Positions 29,315-40,155 are shown, numbered from the stretch's first letter. The stretch: 64,000 bases of DNA from an uncultured Verrucomicrobiae bacterium (GCA_963806855.1 CAWDYW010000001.1:640001-704000), one strand, 5' to 3'. Notes: generated from the letters alone by a model not told the origin. Numbers and translations: made by a program.

Positions 29315-29758
29315 ATGGCCATTTATCAGATTTTCGACGAAGTGAAAAAAGAATCCTTTACCGAGACATTTGAAAGTAGCGAACCAATTCAGCAAAAAAA
29401 AGAGGGCAAAAGCCACATCTTTTCTACCTTGGTCACCCGCTTCTGCTTCCTCCTCCTGCTCGCCGCCGATTTCCTATGGGTGGCTTATAATATCCTCGTC
29501 CTCCTGATCGCTCTTTGCGGAGTGGTGCTCACGGGGGGTAAAAATTTATTTTTCAAAAGAATGGTCGCTAAATCTGGGCTTCATTTCCGCCGTTCAGTAA
29601 CTTGTGGACTCGCGCTTTTCATTGGACTTTTCAGCCCTCCTTTTGGTATCATGGTGGCCTGCACCTACTTTCTGATGTACGATAAAGCGGGAATGGATGA
29701 AGTGGTCCCCGCACCATTGCAGGCGCAGTTTAAAGATATATTCAAAGCAGAAAAATAA
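29315..29758 (+). CDS. Hypothetical membrane protein
   Basis: 147 aa with hydrophobic segments; GAGG SD. Confidence 0.65.
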   Translation: MAIYQIFDEVKKESFTETFESSEPIQQKKEGKSHIFSTLVTRFCFLLLLAADFLWVAYNILVLLIALCGVVLTGGKNLFFKRMVAKSGLHFRRSVTCGLALFIGLFSPPFGIMVACTYFLMYDKAGMDEVVPAPLQAQFKDIFKAEK

Positions 29759-29931
29759 TAGACCTCTTGCATAACTTAGGGTTCGTCGATTTTCGGGATT
29801 ATTTTGGCCGATTTTCGATTCAAATTCGGGGGGTCATATGCGAGAGGCTGATATTACCCCCCGAATTTGAGTCGAAAATCGGCTCAAAAGAACCCTAAAA
29901 TCGACAGAACCTAAGTTATGCAAGAGGTCTA
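29759..29931. mobile_element. 173-bp palindromic element, family A copy 1
   Basis: Whole-length inverted repeat; outer stem TAGACCTCTTGCATAACTTAG; TAATA on both sides of the core; homologous to 56568-56736. Confidence 0.88.
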
Positions 29932-29933
29932 AT

Positions 29934-30377
29934 ATGTATTCCGGAGCTTTTCGACGTTTTTTCGCCTACCTGATCGACTGTGTCGTGATGGTTGGCAGTT
30001 ATATGTTGATCGGATTCATTTTCGGGTATGCATTCCTTGTTAATCCGCTTCTTGGCCTTCCGATGTTTGGCATTTGGTATTTCAGCGGAATGCTCTGTTT
30101 CGCCTGGCTCTATTATTCGCTATTTGAAAGTTCCAAATGGCAAGCGACGGTTGGCAAGAGGGCTCTCAGCCTCAAAGTGGTCGATCTCGACGGCAATCGC
30201 ATTTCTTTTCTTCGAGCTACCGGCCGTTTTTTTGCTAAGTTTCTCTCCCGCTGCATTATGATGATCGGCTACCTGATGATCTTCTGGACCAAGAAGAAGC
30301 AGGCTCTCCACGACAAAATCGCCTCAACGCTCGTGCTTCATTATGCTCAAGATTCAGCAACATCCTCTGACGAGTGA
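29934..30377 (+). CDS. RDD family protein
   Basis: FRRFFAYLID, QATVGKR and QALHDKIAST motifs. Confidence 0.9.
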   Translation: MYSGAFRRFFAYLIDCVVMVGSYMLIGFIFGYAFLVNPLLGLPMFGIWYFSGMLCFAWLYYSLFESSKWQATVGKRALSLKVVDLDGNRISFLRATGRFFAKFLSRCIMMIGYLMIFWTKKKQALHDKIASTLVLHYAQDSATSSDE

Positions 30378-30936
30378 GCTCAAAAAGAGACTCTACGAGG
30401 GCTTCAGCCGCCATTCGATTGCAACTACAGGCCACGATGAAAAACATGACCCCGTTGCCTTTGTGGCGATGGCTGGCGATACATTCGCAGGTTCTGTGGT
30501 TGTCGAAATCTTTTGGGGCGCCCTCCACGTCAAATATGTTTATACCCCGCCCCGACCAAAAGTGTGAATTTGGACCCACGCGAAAGCTCTCGCGGTTTAA
30601 CTGTTTTTCCGAGGGTAGTATCGAATAAATACAACCCTCGGAAAAACAGTTGAACCCCGAGGCTTTGGCGCGGTCCAAATTCACACTTTTGGTCGGGGCG
30701 GGGTATACGTCGAAGAGCCCTTTCGCGGCCAAGGCTTAGCAACTCAGCTGCTTCAGAAGGGATTGTCGTATGGTAAAGAAAATGGATGCCCTTTTGCATT
30801 CGTGGAGACGATGAGCTTTCAGGCACTTGAATTCTACCAAAAATTGGGCTTTGAGCTTGAATTTACACGAACTGGGTATGCCCATGGGACCTCATTCCAT
30901 TATCTGAAAAAGAGCTTGGCTAATTTTTACTCGTAA
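30343..30936 (+). pseudogene. GNAT acetyltransferase interrupted by a palindromic element
   Basis: Removing 165 bp restores ..LHVKYVYVEEPFRGQGLATQLL..VETMSFQALEFYQKLGF. Confidence 0.88.
30543..30705. mobile_element. 163-bp palindromic MITE with TA target duplication, family B
   Basis: Perfect 34-bp terminal inverted repeat TACCCCGCCCCGACCAAAAGTGTGAATTTGGACC; TA at 30541-42 and 30706-07. Confidence 0.92.
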
Positions 30937-31124
30937 ATCGCCTGCAAAGTCTTTCGAAGCATTGCATTGGACAAAAAAACGGTTGGAATGATGTAGCGAT
31001 ATGAACGATGAGAATTTTTTCTTTTTTTCATCATTATTATCGTTGTATCGTTCACATCGTTATGCCACTGGAATTTAATTGGTGAGCTAGGTCGTCTACT
31101 TCTCCTAATCAAGGACAGAATCTC

Positions 31125-31331
31125 ATGAGATGTTTAGAATGCGATAATAACAAATTTGAAGTGAGAGATGCTTGCTTTATTCCTGAAATTAAAGGGAGAA
31201 AAGTGGAAGTCATTGTTCCCGCTTATGTATGTACTCAATGCCAAACTCCATTGATGGATGGGACTCAAATGAATGTTTTGCGAAGAGGGGCTGAAGAAAA
31301 ATATGGCAAACTAGTCCCTCAAAATTCTTGA
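31125..31331 (+). CDS. YgiT/MqsA-type zinc-finger protein, probably a truncated antitoxin
   Basis: MRCLEC..VPAYVCTQC; no HTH follows. Confidence 0.6.
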   Translation: MRCLECDNNKFEVRDACFIPEIKGRKVEVIVPAYVCTQCQTPLMDGTQMNVLRRGAEEKYGKLVPQNS

Positions 31332-31412
31332 GCATCCTCTAAGAGTGACCTCATTATCAGTTACGGTTTGTCTAAAAAACTGAGAATTTAGTATGCTCTG
31401 CCTCCTTTAACC

Positions 31413-31841
31413 TTGGGAGGATCCACTATGTCACTAGATGCACATTACTCTTCATTAGCCATTGTTCGGCCGAATGCAGCTGTTTTAGCCTTGAGCTACC
31501 TTGGACAGGGATTAAGTAGCTGTGTAGACTCTCTTCAGACAAAATTAGGGCAAAGTTCTGTCCCCGTACGTGCTCTTCAGAGTCGATTAGATCAAGGTTA
31601 TATCCCCCTTGCTACTGAAGTTTATGGGCTTTGTAAACTCACCTTGGGAGTACCCGGCTTAGTGATCGGAGGCATTGCACGGGCAGCTGAAATTCGAAAG
31701 GGCGAAAGATCGGTTGGCTTAACCAGTCCTTCATTTCTTCTTGATATTAGCGGAGCCATTTGTATTGATGGCCTGAAGAATATGCTCACAGTCCCGACTG
31801 CACTCGCTTCGAGCTATGTCGCATACCGCTTTTTCACTTAA
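31413..31841 (+). CDS. Hypothetical protein
   Basis: 142-aa ORF; likely start ATG 31428 after GGAGG. Confidence 0.55.
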   Translation: MGGSTMSLDAHYSSLAIVRPNAAVLALSYLGQGLSSCVDSLQTKLGQSSVPVRALQSRLDQGYIPLATEVYGLCKLTLGVPGLVIGGIARAAEIRKGERSVGLTSPSFLLDISGAICIDGLKNMLTVPTALASSYVAYRFFT

Positions 31842-34414
31842 ACTTTATAAGTGATCAACCCTTTCTCGAGGTTCAGCTTCACGGTTTGTGTTGGCTGGAG
31901 TTCTCCTTTGAGGAGGGCGCTTGAGAGGAGGTTGACCACTTTGTGCTGGATCAGCCGCTTGAGCGGACGGGCTCCAAAAATCGGATCGTACCCTTCTTTT
32001 GCCAAATGAGCGATCACGGCAGGGGCTACTTCGAGGGAGATCTCTTTTTCGGCGAGCCGCTTCTTCACATGGTCGAGTTGGATGTGGACGATTTTTTCCA
32101 TGTCTTTCTCCTGGAGGGGGAGGAAGGGGAGGATCTCGTCGAGCCGGTTGATGAATTCGGGACGGAAATGGCGTCGTATAGAAGGCTCGACAATCTCAAG
32201 CACATCCTCTTTGGTCCAGTCTGCTCCTGTTTTTAGCTCTTCGAGGAGCTGCTCGGAGCCGAGGTTGGAGGTCATGATGAAGAGGGAGTTCTTGCAATTG
32301 ACGGTGCGTCCTTTCGTATCGGTAATGCGGCCGTCGTCGAAGATTTGGAGCAGGATATTGAAGACGTCGGGATGCGCTTTTTCCACTTCATCGAGCAGGA
32401 CGACCGCATAGGGGCGGCGGCGGAGTGCTTCTGTCAGTTGGCCACCCTCTTCATAGCCGACGTAGCCGGGAGGCGAGCCGATCAGTTTGGAGACGCGTGC
32501 TTTTCCATGTATTCAGACATGTCGAGCCGGATGATGGCCTCTTCGTTGTTGAAGAGTTGGTCGGCCAGGGCTTTGGTAAGTTCAGTTTTTCCGACGCCGG
32601 TGGGACCGACGAAGAGGAAGACGCCGATGGGCCGTGTGGGGTCGTTGAGGCCACTGCGGGAGCGGCGGATGGCTTCGCTGACGGCGGCGATGGCAAAATG
32701 TTGTCCGACGACCCGTTTTTCGAGGGATTCTTCCAGGTGGAGCAGCTTTTCAGCTTCGCCTTCGAGCATTTTTTGGACGGGGATGCCGGTCCACTTCGCG
32801 ACGATTTGGGCGATGAGCGCTTCATCGACCTCTTCTTTGAGTAGCCGCCCATTGGTGTCGCCGAGCCGTTTTCTGTGCCTCTTCGATCTCTTTTTGCAAT
32901 TGAGGGATTTGGCTATAGCGCAGTTCAGCGACGCGGTTGTAGTTGGCAGCTCGCTCGGCCTCTTCTTCTTGGAAGCGGAGATTCTCGAGCTTTTTTTTAT
33001 CTCTTTGAGCCCTTGCAGCGCTTTTTTTCCTGGTTCCATCGTTCTTTGAGGGTCTTGAGCTCATCTTTGATTGAGGCGATCTCTTGCTTCTAGTTTTTCG
33101 ATTCTTTCTTTTGTGCCGGGTCTTCTCTTTTGAGCGCTTCGTGTTTGACGATCATATAGCTCAGTTCCCGCTCTTTGATGTCGATCGGCAGGGGACGGCA
33201 GCCGAGCTGCATCCGGATCATGCTGGCAGCTTCGTCGATCAGGTCGATCGCTTTATCGGGGAGGAAACGGTCGGCGATGTAGCGGTGGGAGAGGAGGACA
33301 GCGGCTGTATTGCCTCTTCGGTGATCCGGACGCCATGGAAGTTTTCGTATCGCTCACGGAGGCCGCGCAAGATGGCGATCGCATCTTCGATTTTGGGCTC
33401 TTGGATGAGGACCTGTTGGAACCTGCGCTCGAGTGCCGGATCTTTTTCGATGTATTTTTTATATTCGTTGAGGGTAGTGGCGCCGATGCAGTGGAGTGAT
33501 CCGCGAGCGAGGGCCGGTTTGAGCAGGTTAGCCGCATCCATCGCCCCTTCTGAGGCTCCCGCACCCACTAGGGTATGCACTTCGTCGATGAAGAGGATGA
33601 TATTGCCTTCAGCGGCCTCGACCTCTTTGAGGATCCCTTTTAACCGCTCTTCGAATTCGCCACGATATTTGGTTCCGGCGATCAGGCTCCCCATGTCGAG
33701 GGCAAAGAGCTGTTTGCCGATCAGCGATTCGGGGACGTCGCCTTGGATGATCCGGATGGAGAGCCCTTCGGCAATGGCTGTTTTTCCCACCCCTGGATCG
33801 CCGATGAGCAGGGGGTTATTTTTGGTGCGGCGCGAGAGGACCTGCATTGTGCGGCGGATCTCGTCATCCCTGCCGATCACGGGATCGAGTTTCCCATTCT
33901 TGGCCAGCTGGGTTAGGTTTTTGCAATATTTCTCTAGGGCATTGACAGCAGATTCTGATGAGGGGTTATCCATTTTTGTGCCTCCGCGGCTCTTTTTGAT
34001 TTCTTCTTCGAGGTTCTTGAGGGAGATTGAAGAGGGTTTCCATGATTTGAATGGATCGGTTGCTCCTTGCCAAAAGGCGTAGAGGAGGTGATCGGTGCCG
34101 ATATAGGTGTCGTCCCATTTTTTTGCCAGCTCACTGGCCTGGCTGATTTGGCTTTGCAGTTCGGGCGATACAGAGGGTTGGTCTGCGCTACCGACAAAAG
34201 TGGGGAGCGTCTCGAGTTTCTTCTCCAGGGCGGCGATCAGCTCCTGGGAATTGAGATGGTGCTTTTTTGCAAAGGTTTGAAAATAGCCATGGGGATCCTT
34301 GAAAAAGGAGAGGATTAAGTGGCTATCGGTTAGCTGAGTATGCTTTTTTTCTCTGGCAGTCTCAAACGCCTTTTCGATGGCTTGCTCGACTGGTTCTGTA
34401 AATTGTGGAGTCAT
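31838..34414 (-). CDS. clpB: Chaperone ClpB (several frameshifts)
   Basis: [50 protein letters not shown] and GARPLKR motifs. Confidence 0.95.
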
Positions 34415-34446
34415 GGCTTACCTCATCCGAGATAAGTATAGCAAAC

Positions 34447-34866
34447 TCACAATTTTTTAGCCTTATCGTGTCGGAAATAGATTCCAATCAATAGAACATT
34501 GAGGATGAGAAAGGTGCAGAGGGAAAGGGCGGGGAAGGTGATCGGGATCGATTTAGAAACTCCAGTGGAGATTGCCTGCAGTGTGCAGGTGGGACAGAAG
34601 CTACTCTTGGAAAAGAAGGCGACCACCGTCAAATGGAAGGTAGCGATCAAGAGGCCAATGAGGGTGATCGGGAGGACATAGAGGATGATCCGATAGGCGT
34701 TGCGGAAGGCGGCGATCCCCAGGATGATCACCAGGGGGAAAATACTCATCCGCTGATACCAGCATAGCGTGCAGGGCTCTTCCTGCTTCACCTGGCTAAA
34801 AAAGAGGGAAAAGACCATTGCAACACAGACGACAAGCCACGGGAGAAAGAGATCGAATTTCTTCAT
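34447..34866 (-). CDS. dsbB: Disulfide bond formation protein B family
   Basis: PCTLCWYQR motif; four TMs. Confidence 0.85.
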   Translation of the reverse strand: MKKFDLFLPWLVVCVAMVFSLFFSQVKQEEPCTLCWYQRMSIFPLVIILGIAAFRNAYRIILYVLPITLIGLLIATFHLTVVAFFSKSSFCPTCTLQAISTGVSKSIPITFPALSLCTFLILNVLLIGIYFRHDKAKKL

Positions 34867-35378
34867 TTTATCGGTTCCTGAGGTTGAGGAGTTGAAGGAG
34901 TTGAGGGAGTTGAAGGAGCTGGAATTCGGACGCTGGGAACGGTGGGTTCCATTTCTTCGCGCAAGATTTCTCTAGTGTTGACCTCTTTTGCTCGGACGGC
35001 TCGGTCAGAGTAGGGATTGTTAATGAGGATCGGGTAGTCGGGATCGCCGCTATCGCTAAACTCAGGTGGAAATGGGGTGACCCAATAGGCTGCATAGAGC
35101 CGATCATCGGGGGCGATTTCATAGGTGCGATCATCGGAGAAGACTAAATAGGTCCCCTTATTGTAATTGAGCGACAGGTGCAGCGGGTATTGATTGTTGG
35201 GGACATAACCCGGCCGCCTATAGGGCAGTACCTGATCATCGCACCAGGCCCCAGCGATTTGATCCTCTAGGGACATGAGCCCAGTGGTTGTCAACAAACA
35301 TAAAGCAAATAGAATTAAAAAAGTCTTCACGGCTAGTTCCCTTTCTCTCTTTCTAGATGAGACTGTCTTTTTTTTCAA
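34863..35378 (-). CDS. Hypothetical exported protein with Pro/Ser/Thr tail
   Basis: Signal-like [12 protein letters not shown] (true start probably GTG near 35331); C-terminal [13 protein letters not shown]. Confidence 0.6.
   Translation of the reverse strand: MKKKTVSSRKRERELAVKTFLILFALCLLTTTGLMSLEDQIAGAWCDDQVLPYRRPGYVPNNQYPLHLSLNYNKGTYLVFSDDRTYEIAPDDRLYAAYWVTPFPPEFSDSGDPDYPILINNPYSDRAVRAKEVNTREILREEMEPTVPSVRIPAPSTPSTPSTPQPQEPIK
34888..34920. repeat. 9-bp tandem repeat GGAGTTGA(A/G), about 3.7 copies
   Basis: Seen directly; encodes PST repeats on the minus strand. Confidence 0.7.
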
Positions 35379-35398
35379 AAAGTAATTACTTTAAATAT

Positions 35399-35884
35399 AT
35401 GAAGAAGGAAAAAGCCATTTTTGCTGCCGGCTGCTTTTGGGGTGTCGAGCATCTGTTAAAAGATCTGCCAGGCGTGATATCGACGACCGTCGGCTATAGC
35501 GGCGGCACTGTCGAAAATCCGACCTACGAAGAAGTTTGCACCGGGAGAACCGGCCATGCCGAGGCGGTCGAGATCCTGTTCGATCCCGAGCAGATCTCCT
35601 ATGAAGAGCTCGCCAAGGTCTTTTTCGAGTTACACGATCCGACACAAAGAGATCGCCAAGGCCCTGACCGCGGAACGCAATACCGCTCGGCCGTTTTCTA
35701 TCTCTCTGAGGAGCAACGGGAAGTCGCAGAAAAGTTGATCGACATTCTCAAGAAGCGGGGCCTAAAGGTGGCGACCGAAGTGACGCCAGCCGGGCCCTTT
35801 TATGCTGCCGAAGACTACCACCAAGATTATTACGATAAGACCGGTGGCCAGCCCTATTGCCATGTACGGGTGAAGCGATTTTAA
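35399..35884 (+). CDS. msrA: Peptide methionine sulfoxide reductase A
   Basis: AAGCFWG, TGHAEAV, GTQYRS and AEDYHQDY motifs. Confidence 0.96.
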   Translation: MKKEKAIFAAGCFWGVEHLLKDLPGVISTTVGYSGGTVENPTYEEVCTGRTGHAEAVEILFDPEQISYEELAKVFFELHDPTQRDRQGPDRGTQYRSAVFYLSEEQREVAEKLIDILKKRGLKVATEVTPAGPFYAAEDYHQDYYDKTGGQPYCHVRVKRF

Positions 35885-35914
35885 CATTCTAAAAAACAGA
35901 AGCTTATGAATATC

Positions 35915-35980
35915 TGCGGAGAATAATTTTTCTAATCTCCGCATTTTTGCGGAGATTAGCCTTGCTTTTGCGGAGATTAG
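35915..35980 (+). promoter_or_regulatory. Four TGCGGAGA(T/A)TA boxes upstream of the fic gene
   Basis: Boxes at 35915 (+), 35932 (-), 35948 (+) and 35969 (+); 35932-35959 is a palindrome. Confidence 0.7.
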
Positions 35981-36009
35981 ATGCTAGATTAGAGAGGTAG
36001 AGGCAAAAT

Positions 36010-37113
36010 ATGTATATTTATGAACAGCAGGATTGGCCCAATTTTTACTGGGATCATGAGAAAGTCTCCCCCTTGCTCATTCAATTACGTCATCTGCAAG
36101 GTAAGTTAATTGGCGGGATGGAGTCGATTGGGTTCCATACTCGAGATGAAGCTGTATTAGAGGCGCTCACGCAAGATGTTATTAAATCGAGTGAAATCGA
36201 AGGTGAAATTTTGGACCCATCTTCAGTTAGATCCTCTGTAGCTCGCCACCTTGGAATGGATATTGGAGCCCTCCCCAAAACCGATCGAAATGTTGAAGGC
36301 GTTGTTGAAATGATCCTCGATGCCACTCAAAAATATGATCTCCCTCTCACTAAAAATCGATTATTTAAGTGGCACCAATCTCTGTTTCCCAATGGAAGAA
36401 GTGGTTTTTCAAAGATCCTAGTAGGCGCCTGGCGAGCTGGACCAGTCGATGTGATCTCTGGTTTCATGGGTAAGGCAACGGTTCATTTTGAAGCTCCTCC
36501 AGCAGAAAGAGTCGATCATGAGATAGGTCTTTTTTTAGAGTGGATAAACAATACTATACCTATTGATCCTGTTTTAAAAGCGGCGATTGCACATCTTTGG
36601 TTTGTCACAATTCATCCTTTTGAAGATGGCAACGGACGGATTGCAAGAGCGATCGGCGATTTAATGCTCGCTCGTTCAGAAAATAGCTCGCGTCGATTTT
36701 ATAGCCTCTCAGCTCAAATTCAGAATGAGCGAAAGTCCTATTATGCAATTTTAGAGCAAACTCAAAAAGATCTTCTAGATATTACACCTTGGATAGATTG
36801 GTTTATGAATTGTCTCAGAAGAGCAATAGAACAGGCATTGGCAACTCTTGATAAGGTTCTAATTAAGAAGCAATTTTGGGAATCTATTTCAGAAATTTCA
36901 TTAAATGAGCGCCAACGAAAAATAATTACCCGAATGCTGGATGACTTTCAGGGCAAGCTTACGACTTCTAAGTGGGCCAAAATGGTAAAATGTTCTCAAG
37001 ATACTGCCCATCGCGATATTCTAGATCTTATCCATAAGGGAATTCTCCAAAAAAATGAAGAGGGTGGCCGAAGCACAAGCTATTCTCTTAAGACTCGGGA
37101 CAGAGCGTCCTGA
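36010..37113 (+). CDS. Fic family protein (DUF4172-Fic-HTH architecture)
   Basis: YIYEQQDWPNFYW, SSEIEGE, HPFEDGNGRIAR and a C-terminal HTH. Confidence 0.92.
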   Translation: MYIYEQQDWPNFYWDHEKVSPLLIQLRHLQGKLIGGMESIGFHTRDEAVLEALTQDVIKSSEIEGEILDPSSVRSSVARHLGMDIGALPKTDRNVEGVVEMILDATQKYDLPLTKNRLFKWHQSLFPNGRSGFSKILVGAWRAGPVDVISGFMGKATVHFEAPPAERVDHEIGLFLEWINNTIPIDPVLKAAIAHLWFVTIHPFEDGNGRIARAIGDLMLARSENSSRRFYSLSAQIQNERKSYYAILEQTQKDLLDITPWIDWFMNCLRRAIEQALATLDKVLIKKQFWESISEISLNERQRKIITRMLDDFQGKLTTSKWAKMVKCSQDTAHRDILDLIHKGILQKNEEGGRSTSYSLKTRDRAS

Positions 37114-38599
37114 GCTTATTGCGGAGCGAACGAAGTGCCGTCGGCTTGTGATCTCTCTGCTCGGTCAAGATTTCAGCTTGTTTCAGATATTCCCAAGACT
37201 TGTTGTAGTCGTGCCGCTCGGCAGAGACGATCGAGAGGTAGTATTCAGCGGTGGGGTCGGTTTGGTCGATCTCATGATATTTCTGCAGGATCTCGCCCGC
37301 TTCTCCGGTTCTTCCTAATTGCAAATAGGTGGTCGCAAGCTGCATGAGCCCGCCGCGGAATTTTGGATAATCTTTGAGGAAGCCTCTCAGCTCCTCTTGC
37401 TTCTTGAGGATCGATTCGCGCGTCTCGTCGACGGGCATGAAGATCGCTTGGATCCCTGCGGCGCTGGTCTTTTTGGCAAAATAATCGGAGATGAGGGTCT
37501 CGGGAGCGACAGCGTAATCGAATGTGTAATCGACAAGAGGTTTGAGCAATTTTTCCCCTTCGGCTTTCCTGCCGACGAAGAGGTAGTTGAGGCCGAGGAA
37601 CATGCTGATCAGGGGGTCATTGTCGAGGTAGGGGAGAGCTTTTTCATAGAGCTTGATGCAAGTCTCAGCCTCACCCTTCTGCCAGTAGACGGCTGCTTGG
37701 TTGGCAAAGGCCAGCGCGATCACCTCTTTGATGGTCCGCTCTTGCAATTTGCGGGTGTTGAGGCCGAGGTAGACTTCGCTGGGGGTGTTGATTCCGCGGG
37801 CGGTGGTCTCGATGTTGATGATGTTGTCCCCATCGCGGTAGCGGACGTAGATGTGGCCAGGAGGGGTGATCACTTCAAGGGGCAGATCGAGCCGCTGCGC
37901 CAGGCAGAGGTAGAGGATCGAAACACCCAAGCAGACCCCGTGACGGCTATCGAGGACCGAAGGGAGGAAGGTGTAGAGGTCGATGTCTTTGGCATAGAGG
38001 GAATGGGGCGGGAACCGGAATTGCATCTCTTGGAAGATATACCGGTTGATCTCTTTGATTTTTTCTAGATCGGTTGGCTCTTTAGAGAGGCGAGCGGCAA
38101 TTTGGAGAGCCATGAGATCGAGGCTCGCTTCGTATTGCAGGATGTCATCGCGGAAGGTGGCCGAGCCATCAAACTGTTCGATGAGGAGGCCGCGGGTCAA
38201 ATCGACCTCTTCGAAGGGCAGAGCGATCACCTCTTCTTTGGTCCACACCTCAGATCCCTTCAATTTGCGGTTGGCGAAGTGGCTGCAGAGCGCATGGATG
38301 GCGCTGAGCTGCTCGGCAGAGAGCTTCACCGGAGGATCGAAGGGTTGCCGGGTGACGAGCGAAACGACCGCTTGGATGTCAAACTTGGGAAGGAGAAATT
38401 GGGGTAGTTTGTTGTTGTTAGGGTTCTGCCGGAGCAGGTGCCAGATGTGTGTCAGCGCTTTTTTCCCCTCTGTAGTCTCGGGATAGAGCTCGTAGAAGGC
38501 CATGTACTGCGACAGCGACTTGGGATCTAGGCTGCTATACAGACTTTTAATCGATGGGTCGGAGGCGAGGAGGGTGGCGGCGATTAGGAGGGGAATCAT
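37088..38599 (-). CDS. Transglutaminase-like (SirB1-like) TPR protein
   Basis: SVLDSRHGVCLG..ITPPGHIYVRY..INIETT; TPR-like C-terminus; signal peptide. Confidence 0.75.
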   Translation of the reverse strand: MIPLLIAATLLASDPSIKSLYSSLDPKSLSQYMAFYELYPETTEGKKALTHIWHLLRQNPNNNKLPQFLLPKFDIQAVVSLVTRQPFDPPVKLSAEQLSAIHALCSHFANRKLKGSEVWTKEEVIALPFEEVDLTRGLLIEQFDGSATFRDDILQYEASLDLMALQIAARLSKEPTDLEKIKEINRYIFQEMQFRFPPHSLYAKDIDLYTFLPSVLDSRHGVCLGVSILYLCLAQRLDLPLEVITPPGHIYVRYRDGDNIINIETTARGINTPSEVYLGLNTRKLQERTIKEVIALAFANQAAVYWQKGEAETCIKLYEKALPYLDNDPLISMFLGLNYLFVGRKAEGEKLLKPLVDYTFDYAVAPETLISDYFAKKTSAAGIQAIFMPVDETRESILKKQEELRGFLKDYPKFRGGLMQLATTYLQLGRTGEAGEILQKYHEIDQTDPTAEYYLSIVSAERHDYNKSWEYLKQAEILTEQRDHKPTALRSLRNKLRTLCPES

Positions 38600-40155
38600 A
38601 CTAATAAATTGCGCATCTCCTCTGCAAGCGGTTCGTGGGATAGGATCTCTTCGACACTTGGGCGGATCCGATAGGTCCAGTTGGTGGGAGAGACGATGCC
38701 TGGGACATTGATCCGCTCATCTTGGGGATCTTCAGCGACGAGTTCGGGGAAGAGAGCCAGGTATTCGCCGATCAGGTTGATGTGGAAGAGGCTAGCGCTG
38801 TGGTGGCTGTCCCATAGGATTTCGCGCCGCTGCGCTTTCGTCAGATGGGGCGTATATTGCCATCCTTTGTAATGGGCGAAGCTGCGGGCCTCTTCAGTGC
38901 TACCCTGCCACCAGAGGGTGAGGGTCTCAGAATCGTGTGTCGATACGGTCGTCATGCTAATCGGATTATAATGGAGGGGGTCGATAAATTGCTCCCCTAT
39001 TTTCTCCCAGCGCATCACTTTAGTCCCGCAGATGCCCATGCGCGAGAGCTCCGTCCGGACAGAAGTGGGAACAGTTCCCAGATCTTCGGCTATCGGGAGC
39101 ATCGGGCTGTGATCGACCAGGATCGTCAAGATCTCGGTGCCGTGGGAGAGCCAATTTTCCTCCTTTTCAGGGATGAATTTTCCATTCTTGCTCGGCTCTC
39201 CATTGGGGATCGCCCAGATCCTAAAGAAGCCGAGGACATGGTCGATCCGATAGATGTTGTAAAAATGGGCCGCATAGCTAAGGCGGGTCCGCCACCAGCC
39301 ATAATTTTGCCCTTTGACCACATCCCAGTTGAAGATCGGCAGCCCCCAAGCTTGCCCCTCCTCACTGTAGGCGTCGGGAGGCGCGCCGGCTGAAAGGGTG
39401 AGATCAAAGGCGTCAGAATATCTCCAAACATCGGCGCTGTCGGGGCTGATCAAAATGGGGATATCCCCTTTGAGAAAAACCTTTTTTTCTTTGGCGTAGG
39501 CCTTGACCTCTGTCAATTGCTTAAAGCAGAGATATTGCAAAAAGATGTAGTAGTTCATCTCTGCAGCATATTTTTGGCAGAGCTCTTCAAAGGCATCGTG
39601 TTTGAGATATTGCAACTCGAGCGGCCAGGTTTGCCAATGGTTTTTCGACATCAACCTTTTCAGCACCTTGAAAAGGGCATACGAGTCGACCCACTTGTTG
39701 TCTTTCCGATAGAGCTCAAACTCCTTTTCACTCAGAATTTTCTCGCCCATTTTGTCGAAATAGGTGCGTAAGAAGAGGAATTTGTGGCTCTGGACATCGT
39801 GATAGGGAACCCGTGGCAGTTCATTGAATTTTCGCAGCTCCGCCAGCTCCGCTTCCTCGACACCTTCGAGTTTGTGGAGCGACAAAAAGAGGGGATTGAG
39901 GGCCATTGCCGACTGAGCGAAGAACGGACTCGTCTCATCGCCCGTATCATTCAAAGGGAGCAGCTGAATCACATCGAAGCCGATCTTAGCAACCCAATCG
40001 ATCAGGGGAATCAGATCGTAAAACTCGCCGATGCCGCAGCTCTGTTTCGTATGGAGCGCTGAGAGGGGAAGATCGATGCCATGATGGTGCCGAATCCCAA
40101 TATGGGACCACTGAGGGCCAACAATTGAGCGGGAGAGTTTATCGCTTAAGTCCAA
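38596..40155 (-). CDS. malQ: 4-alpha-glucanotransferase
   Basis: GIGEF, IQLLPLND, KGDIP, GAPPD, RIDHVLG, AEDLG, THD and RINVPG. Start placed at TTG 40155 after GGAGG; the ORF extends to 40218. Confidence 0.95.
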   Translation of the reverse strand: MDLSDKLSRSIVGPQWSHIGIRHHHGIDLPLSALHTKQSCGIGEFYDLIPLIDWVAKIGFDVIQLLPLNDTGDETSPFFAQSAMALNPLFLSLHKLEGVEEAELAELRKFNELPRVPYHDVQSHKFLFLRTYFDKMGEKILSEKEFELYRKDNKWVDSYALFKVLKRLMSKNHWQTWPLELQYLKHDAFEELCQKYAAEMNYYIFLQYLCFKQLTEVKAYAKEKKVFLKGDIPILISPDSADVWRYSDAFDLTLSAGAPPDAYSEEGQAWGLPIFNWDVVKGQNYGWWRTRLSYAAHFYNIYRIDHVLGFFRIWAIPNGEPSKNGKFIPEKEENWLSHGTEILTILVDHSPMLPIAEDLGTVPTSVRTELSRMGICGTKVMRWEKIGEQFIDPLHYNPISMTTVSTHDSETLTLWWQGSTEEARSFAHYKGWQYTPHLTKAQRREILWDSHHSASLFHINLIGEYLALFPELVAEDPQDERINVPGIVSPTNWTYRIRPSVEEILSHEPLAEEMRNLLV

